This document shows positions 59,727 through 64,000 of a stretch of DNA of 64,000 nucleotides, one piece after another. The position numbers and the translations under genes were made by a program. Position 1 is the stretch's first letter. Every line of letters starts with the position of its first letter. Source of the stretch: Planctomycetaceae bacterium (GTDB taxonomy: Bacteria; Planctomycetota; Planctomycetia; Pirellulales; UBA1268); NCBI GenBank assembly GCA_947481985.1, contig CANKIK010000007.1, forward strand, positions 2,331 to 66,330, in the 5' to 3' direction. The notes beneath the pieces are model-generated. The model ran no database searches. It was given only the letters and a program-made list of their open reading frames with translations, and was not told where the DNA came from.

Positions 59727-60212
59727 TCAGGATCGATCGAGCCCAACGCCGATCCATCCCGCCGTGGCGCCCCGCGACTGCGAGAGCTTTTCCAGCCGGG
59801 CGGCCAGTGGCTGCCAGAGCCGCTCCCGTTCGGCGGTCGGAATTCCCCCCGGCAACTCGGCCGGCGCCCCAGCGGCATCGACTTGGACGAATCCCATCAG
59901 GCCATCCATCCAGGGCAGGTCGTGGCCTTCCAGCGGCATCCCCACGACACCCACCACGAGGTAGCACTGCCGGACCTGGAGGATCGCACCACGGAGCTCA
60001 ACCAGCGCTCCCACAGGAACGCTCCGCCGGCACTCGAGCGTCACCACGCGGCGGAGCATGAGGTTGGCCGCCGTCCCCACGCCCCGGGAGCCGGAAGCAT
60101 AGGCGGTCTCGAGCGCATAGCGCAGCAAACTGCCGGCGTAGAGCGTGCCGTGGTGATTGGCATCGGCGGGCAAGACCAGCCGGTGACTGACAGTCTCAAG
60201 AGAACCTTGCAT
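59727..60212 (-). CDS. Hotdog-fold acyl-CoA thioesterase
   Basis: VLPADANHHGTLYAG, SVPVG..VEL, FVQVD..G.P. Confidence 0.8.
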   Translation of the reverse strand: MQGSLETVSHRLVLPADANHHGTLYAGSLLRYALETAYASGSRGVGTAANLMLRRVVTLECRRSVPVGALVELRGAILQVRQCYLVVGVVGMPLEGHDLPWMDGLMGFVQVDAAGAPAELPGGIPTAERERLWQPLAARLEKLSQSRGATAGWIGVGLDRS

Positions 60213-60221
60213 GGCCGCTTG

Positions 60222-60230
60222 TTATAGCAG
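60222..60230 (-). promoter_or_regulatory. Possible extended -10 (TGCTATAAC) giving a near-leaderless thioesterase transcript
   Basis: Minus strand tgctataac ends about 10 nt before ATG 60212; no obvious RBS. Confidence 0.4.
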
Positions 60231-60270
60231 CCACCAGCGTGGGCAGGTGCCCCGCCGCCGCCACACCTGA

Positions 60271-63200
60271 TCACCACCCCGACACCGCCACACCACGGGG
60301 CGGATTCTGCCGGGAGAACGAGGGATCGATCTTCAGCAGTTCCTCGCGCATCACCGTGATCGTCCGCCGGATCTGATCGGCGGTGTGGCGGGATGTGATG
60401 AAGAACCGCAGCCGGGCCGCCCGCTCCTCGACGGCCGGATAGAGGATCGGCTGGACGCTGATCCCCCGGGCGAACAGCCCTCTCGACAGTTTCAGACTGT
60501 TGATCGAGTTGCCGAGGATCACCGGGATGATCGCCGTTCCACCGGCGGAGCCAGTATCGAGACCAGCTTCGCGGGCCAACTGGAGAAACAACCGGGCATT
60601 GGCATGGAGCTTGGCCACCCGGTCTGGCTGGCGCTCAAGCATCCGCATTGCCCCCAGCGCCGCTCCCGCCGCTGCCGGGGGTAGACCGACGCTGTAGACG
60701 AAGCCCGGCACGGTGTATTTGAGCCAGCGGACGAGGGTCTTGGTGCCGGCGATGTAGCCGCCGCAACTGCCGAGGGCCTTGGAGAGCGTCCCCATCCACA
60801 GATCGACATCGGCCGGATCGACGCCAAAGTGCTCTCCCATGCCCCGGCCGCGCGGTCCCATGACGCCGACCGAGTGCGCTTCATCGACCATCAGCAGCGA
60901 CTTGTGTTTCTTGGCCAGGGCGACAAACCGGGGCAGGTCGGCGAAATCACCGTCCATGCTGTACACCCCCTCGATCACCACCAACACCCGGCGGTACTGC
61001 CCTCGGACCTGCCGCAGCAACTGCTCGGCCGCCTCGAAGTCGTTGTGCGGGAAGGGCCGCCGTCGGGCCCCGGAGAGGATCGCCCCTTGGAGGAGACTGT
61101 TGTGGGCCAAAGCGTCGTGGAGCACGAGGTCGCCCGGGCCAACCATATGACCAATGACAGTCTCGTTGGTGGCATGCCCGCCGACGAACGTCACCGCATC
61201 CTCGGTACCGATCAGCCGGGAGATTGCCTGCTCGAGTTCCCTGTGGATCACCTTCTCGCCCGACACCAATCGGCTGGCGGAGACACTCGTGCCGTAGCGG
61301 TCGATGGCTGCCTTGGCAGCGGCATTCACCTCCGGCTCCCCCGACATCCCCAGGTAGTTGTAACTGGCCCAGCTGATCATCTCCCGGCCACCGATCTGCG
61401 TCCGGTCGTTGGTCAGCCCCTCATGGACACCGAAGTAGGGGTCCTCGAGACCGGCATCGCGCACCAGTGCGAAATTCTGCTCGAGCGCCCGCACCTCGGG
61501 AAACTCACTGATATCCCAGGCCTCGCGGGGAATCTCGCTGGTGACGCTGGCCGCTACGGCCAGATGCTGGGTGCGGCCAGCCGCGGGGAGCCCCGCGGCA
61601 GGGAGATTGTGCGTCGGCATGTGATCGAGAATCGCCTCGACCACCTCGCGGCAGGTCTCGATCTGCGGCAGCACCTGCTCGGGGAATCTGCCGCCGTACG
61701 TCTCCTCGAGGCTAGCGACAATCTCCATTCGCTCCAGCGAATCGAGTCCCAATTCGACAATGTTGCTGTCGAGCGCCAGGTTGCCGGCCCGCTCCTTGGC
61801 AATCCGCCGCACGTGATCAAAGACAGCGTCGACCACCTCGCGGGGCAGTTCCCGCTCCGGCCGGCCGCTGCGGGTGGCCTCCCCGATGGGACGCTGCCTG
61901 GCCAGCCGCGGCGTCTCGCCGCCGGTGCGCACCGGAGACTGCCGCGGCGTCTCGGTGACCGTCGAGCCAGCGATCCCCGGCTGCAACCATCCGATCTGCT
62001 GCTCCACCACCTCAAGGGTGCTGTCGAGAAACTGCCGCTTGCAGGCATGCCGCTGGATCTTGCCGCTGGAGGTCTTGGGAATGCTGTTGGGACGGACCAA
62101 GACAATCGCTTCCAGTGCGATCTCATGCTCGATCGCCAGTTGGCGACGGATGCGGTCGAACGATTCCGCCAATTCATCGCTGTCCCGCTTGCCGCGCTCC
62201 ACTTCCGCCACGACGACGACCCGTTCGCGTCCCTCCACTTCGACGGAGAACGCGGCCACGGAGCCGGCGCGGATCAGCGAGCAGGCGGTCTCCACCGAGA
62301 GTTCGATATCCTGCGGGTAGTGGTTGCGGCCACGGATGATGATCAAGTCCTTGAGCCGGCCGGTGACGAACAACTCGCCGTTGTCGAAGAAGCCGAGATC
62401 CCCGGTGCGAAGATAGGGGCCCGGGTTGGGCTGCCAGGCCTTGAGCGACTGCTTCTCCGAGCCACGATCAGGACGGGCAAGCATGGCACCGAATGTGGTC
62501 TGGGTCTCGTCGGTGCGGTTCCAGTAGCCCTGGGCGACGCTCGGTCCACTGACCCAGATTTCACCGATCATTCCTGGGGGAAGGGCTTCGCTGGAGTGCG
62601 GATCGACGATCCGCACGTCCTGACCGTCGAGTTCACGGCCGCTGCCCACAAGTCGCCGCGTCCCAGGGGAGAAACCGGTGCGGGTCAGTGCCGAGCCAGT
62701 CTCGATCGACGCAGCGTCGAAGGCCCGGACCACAGGCGGCTCGAACTTCATCCCGCCGGTCACCATCAGCGTGCTCTCCGCCAAGCCGTAGCACGGGAAG
62801 AACGCCTCGCGGCGAAACCCGCAGCTGGCAAAAGCCTCCGAGAAGGCATCGATGGTCTCGGGCCGCACCGGCTCGGCGCCATTGAAGGCCAGCGTCCAAC
62901 TGGAGAGATCGAGTCCCCGGCGCTGCTCGGGAGTGATCTTTCGGACGCACAGTTCGTAGGCGAAATTCGGTCCGCCGCTAATCGTGGCCCGGTATTTGGA
63001 GATGGCTTGCAGCCAACGCAGCGGTTTCTGCAGGAACGCAACCGGAGACATCAGGACGTTGAACTTGCCGCCATAGAGCGGCACGAGGATGCCACCGATG
63101 AGCCCCATGTCATGGAAACTCGGCAGCCAGAAGACGCCCGACTGCGAGCGGGTGATCTCGAAGGCCTGCATGATCCGCAGGGAGTTGTGTAGGAGGTTAG

Positions 63201-63774
63201 CGTGCGAAAGCATGACCCCCTTTGGCGTCCCGGTGGAACCGCTGGTGTATTGGAGGAAGGCCAACGTCTCCCCGTCAATGTCGGGGCGTTCCCAGCGTTC
63301 GGCCCAGTCGGGCTCCAGTTCGCTGTCAACCTTCCAGAGCAAACGTTCCAGACTGGGGGCTGTGGCCCGCAACCCGTCGAAGCGGTCGAGGACATCGCGT
63401 GTGGTCAACGCCACTGCGGCCTCGGCGTCGGCGGCGATGGCCTCGATCCGCTCCACCGAACGGTTCTTCCGCGGCGGGTAGGCCGGGACGGCGATCGCCC
63501 CGCCGTACAGGCAGCCCATGAAGGCGGCAATGAAATCCAGCCCGGAAGGGAAGAGGAGCAGCACCCGCTTGCCGCTCATCCCCGACGCCTGCAACCAGGC
63601 ACCGAGCGCCCGGGCCTTCCGGTCGAGTTCGGCGTAGGTGATGTTGAGCTCTTCGTTCTCGCCGTCGACGAGAAACGTGAACGCCCGATCGTGGGGGCGG
63701 TAGGCCGCCCGCTGCCGCAGCAGATCGACGATCGTTTCGGCGAACGAGGCTTCGGTATTGGGATTGGGATTCAC
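60271..63774 (-). CDS. Fatty acyl-AMP ligase - acyl carrier protein - PLP-dependent alpha-oxoamine synthase (BioF/SPT family) fusion
   Basis: FAAL: LQYTSGSTGTPKG, WLPSFHDMGLIG, PCYGLAE, LRTGDLG, IRGRNHYPQDIE, PKTSSGK. ACP: LGLDSLERME. AOS: SYNYLG, EGVYSMDGD, DEAHS, GTLSKALG (PLP Lys). GTG start at 63774 (ORF extends to 63864). Confidence 0.92.
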   Translation of the reverse strand: MNPNPNTEASFAETIVDLLRQRAAYRPHDRAFTFLVDGENEELNITYAELDRKARALGAWLQASGMSGKRVLLLFPSGLDFIAAFMGCLYGGAIAVPAYPPRKNRSVERIEAIAADAEAAVALTTRDVLDRFDGLRATAPSLERLLWKVDSELEPDWAERWERPDIDGETLAFLQYTSGSTGTPKGVMLSHANLLHNSLRIMQAFEITRSQSGVFWLPSFHDMGLIGGILVPLYGGKFNVLMSPVAFLQKPLRWLQAISKYRATISGGPNFAYELCVRKITPEQRRGLDLSSWTLAFNGAEPVRPETIDAFSEAFASCGFRREAFFPCYGLAESTLMVTGGMKFEPPVVRAFDAASIETGSALTRTGFSPGTRRLVGSGRELDGQDVRIVDPHSSEALPPGMIGEIWVSGPSVAQGYWNRTDETQTTFGAMLARPDRGSEKQSLKAWQPNPGPYLRTGDLGFFDNGELFVTGRLKDLIIIRGRNHYPQDIELSVETACSLIRAGSVAAFSVEVEGRERVVVVAEVERGKRDSDELAESFDRIRRQLAIEHEIALEAIVLVRPNSIPKTSSGKIQRHACKRQFLDSTLEVVEQQIGWLQPGIAGSTVTETPRQSPVRTGGETPRLARQRPIGEATRSGRPERELPREVVDAVFDHVRRIAKERAGNLALDSNIVELGLDSLERMEIVASLEETYGGRFPEQVLPQIETCREVVEAILDHMPTHNLPAAGLPAAGRTQHLAVAASVTSEIPREAWDISEFPEVRALEQNFALVRDAGLEDPYFGVHEGLTNDRTQIGGREMISWASYNYLGMSGEPEVNAAAKAAIDRYGTSVSASRLVSGEKVIHRELEQAISRLIGTEDAVTFVGGHATNETVIGHMVGPGDLVLHDALAHNSLLQGAILSGARRRPFPHNDFEAAEQLLRQVRGQYRRVLVVIEGVYSMDGDFADLPRFVALAKKHKSLLMVDEAHSVGVMGPRGRGMGEHFGVDPADVDLWMGTLSKALGSCGGYIAGTKTLVRWLKYTVPGFVYSVGLPPAAAGAALGAMRMLERQPDRVAKLHANARLFLQLAREAGLDTGSAGGTAIIPVILGNSINSLKLSRGLFARGISVQPILYPAVEERAARLRFFITSRHTADQIRRTITVMREELLKIDPSFSRQNPPRGVAVSGW

Positions 63775-63861
63775 GTGCCGTGGGACCTCCGCCCACTCCC
63801 GTCGAGGCCGCTGCGTGGGAGTCCGGTTGACCCCCAAGGAGTGGCGTGCGTGTGTTGGCCA

Positions 63862-63900
63862 CATGTTCCCGCGAACATGCGTTGGAGGAACGCCCGTTCC
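63862..63900. promoter_or_regulatory. Two adjacent palindromes CATGTTC-N4-GAACATG and GGAAC-N4-GTTCC (candidate operator, LexA-box-like)
   Basis: catgttc ccgc gaacatg at 63862-63879; ggaac gccc gttcc at 63887-63900. Confidence 0.45.
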
Positions 63901-64000
63901 CTATGAGCGTGCGTTCCGAGCCGGGGACACCCCCGAGTCCTCCGGGGAAATCGGCAGGTTTCCCAGCCCGAAAACAGAGTCTACCCGGGTGTACCAGACA

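Noticed and set aside
60829-63192. 787-aa plus-strand ORF
   Set aside because: Antisense shadow of the FAAL-ACP-AOS gene; it has no motifs and is expected from high-GC codon bias.

Overview
This is a GC-rich, gene-dense bacterial core-genome segment. The protein families present (DUF1573, BBP7-like beta-barrel, HEAT-repeat lipoprotein, PQQ-like propeller, UVR-motif protein, long Pro-rich IF2) point to Planctomycetota, probably Pirellulales-like; this assignment is an inference. In order, the window holds a yhaM-like nuclease, proS, and a DUF1573 + tetraheme cytochrome c pair. A ~17-kb co-oriented minus-strand run follows: tRNA-Arg, ruvCAB, rpmF-fabD-fabG-acpP-fabF, an exported hypothetical, an atypical ketosynthase, nusA-infB-rbfA, an HhH-like protein and yebC. 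After that come an Aas-like MFS-acyltransferase fusion, a four-gene C30-type carotenoid operon with a clear promoter and tandem palindromic operator, purEK, sua5, leuCD, bioB, an M24 peptidase, ppk2, arfB, several exported hypotheticals, and a three-domain FAAL-ACP-alpha-oxoamine synthase next to a hotdog thioesterase. I saw no mobile elements, prophage or CRISPR arrays. The best candidates for new biology are the FAAL-ACP-AOS aminolipid assembly line, the Cys->Glu/His->Asn ketosynthase in a fabH-less fab cluster, the carotenoid operator, and several apparent pseudo-enzymes. All calls come from reading motifs by eye; no database searches were run, and many start codons were re-chosen by eye.
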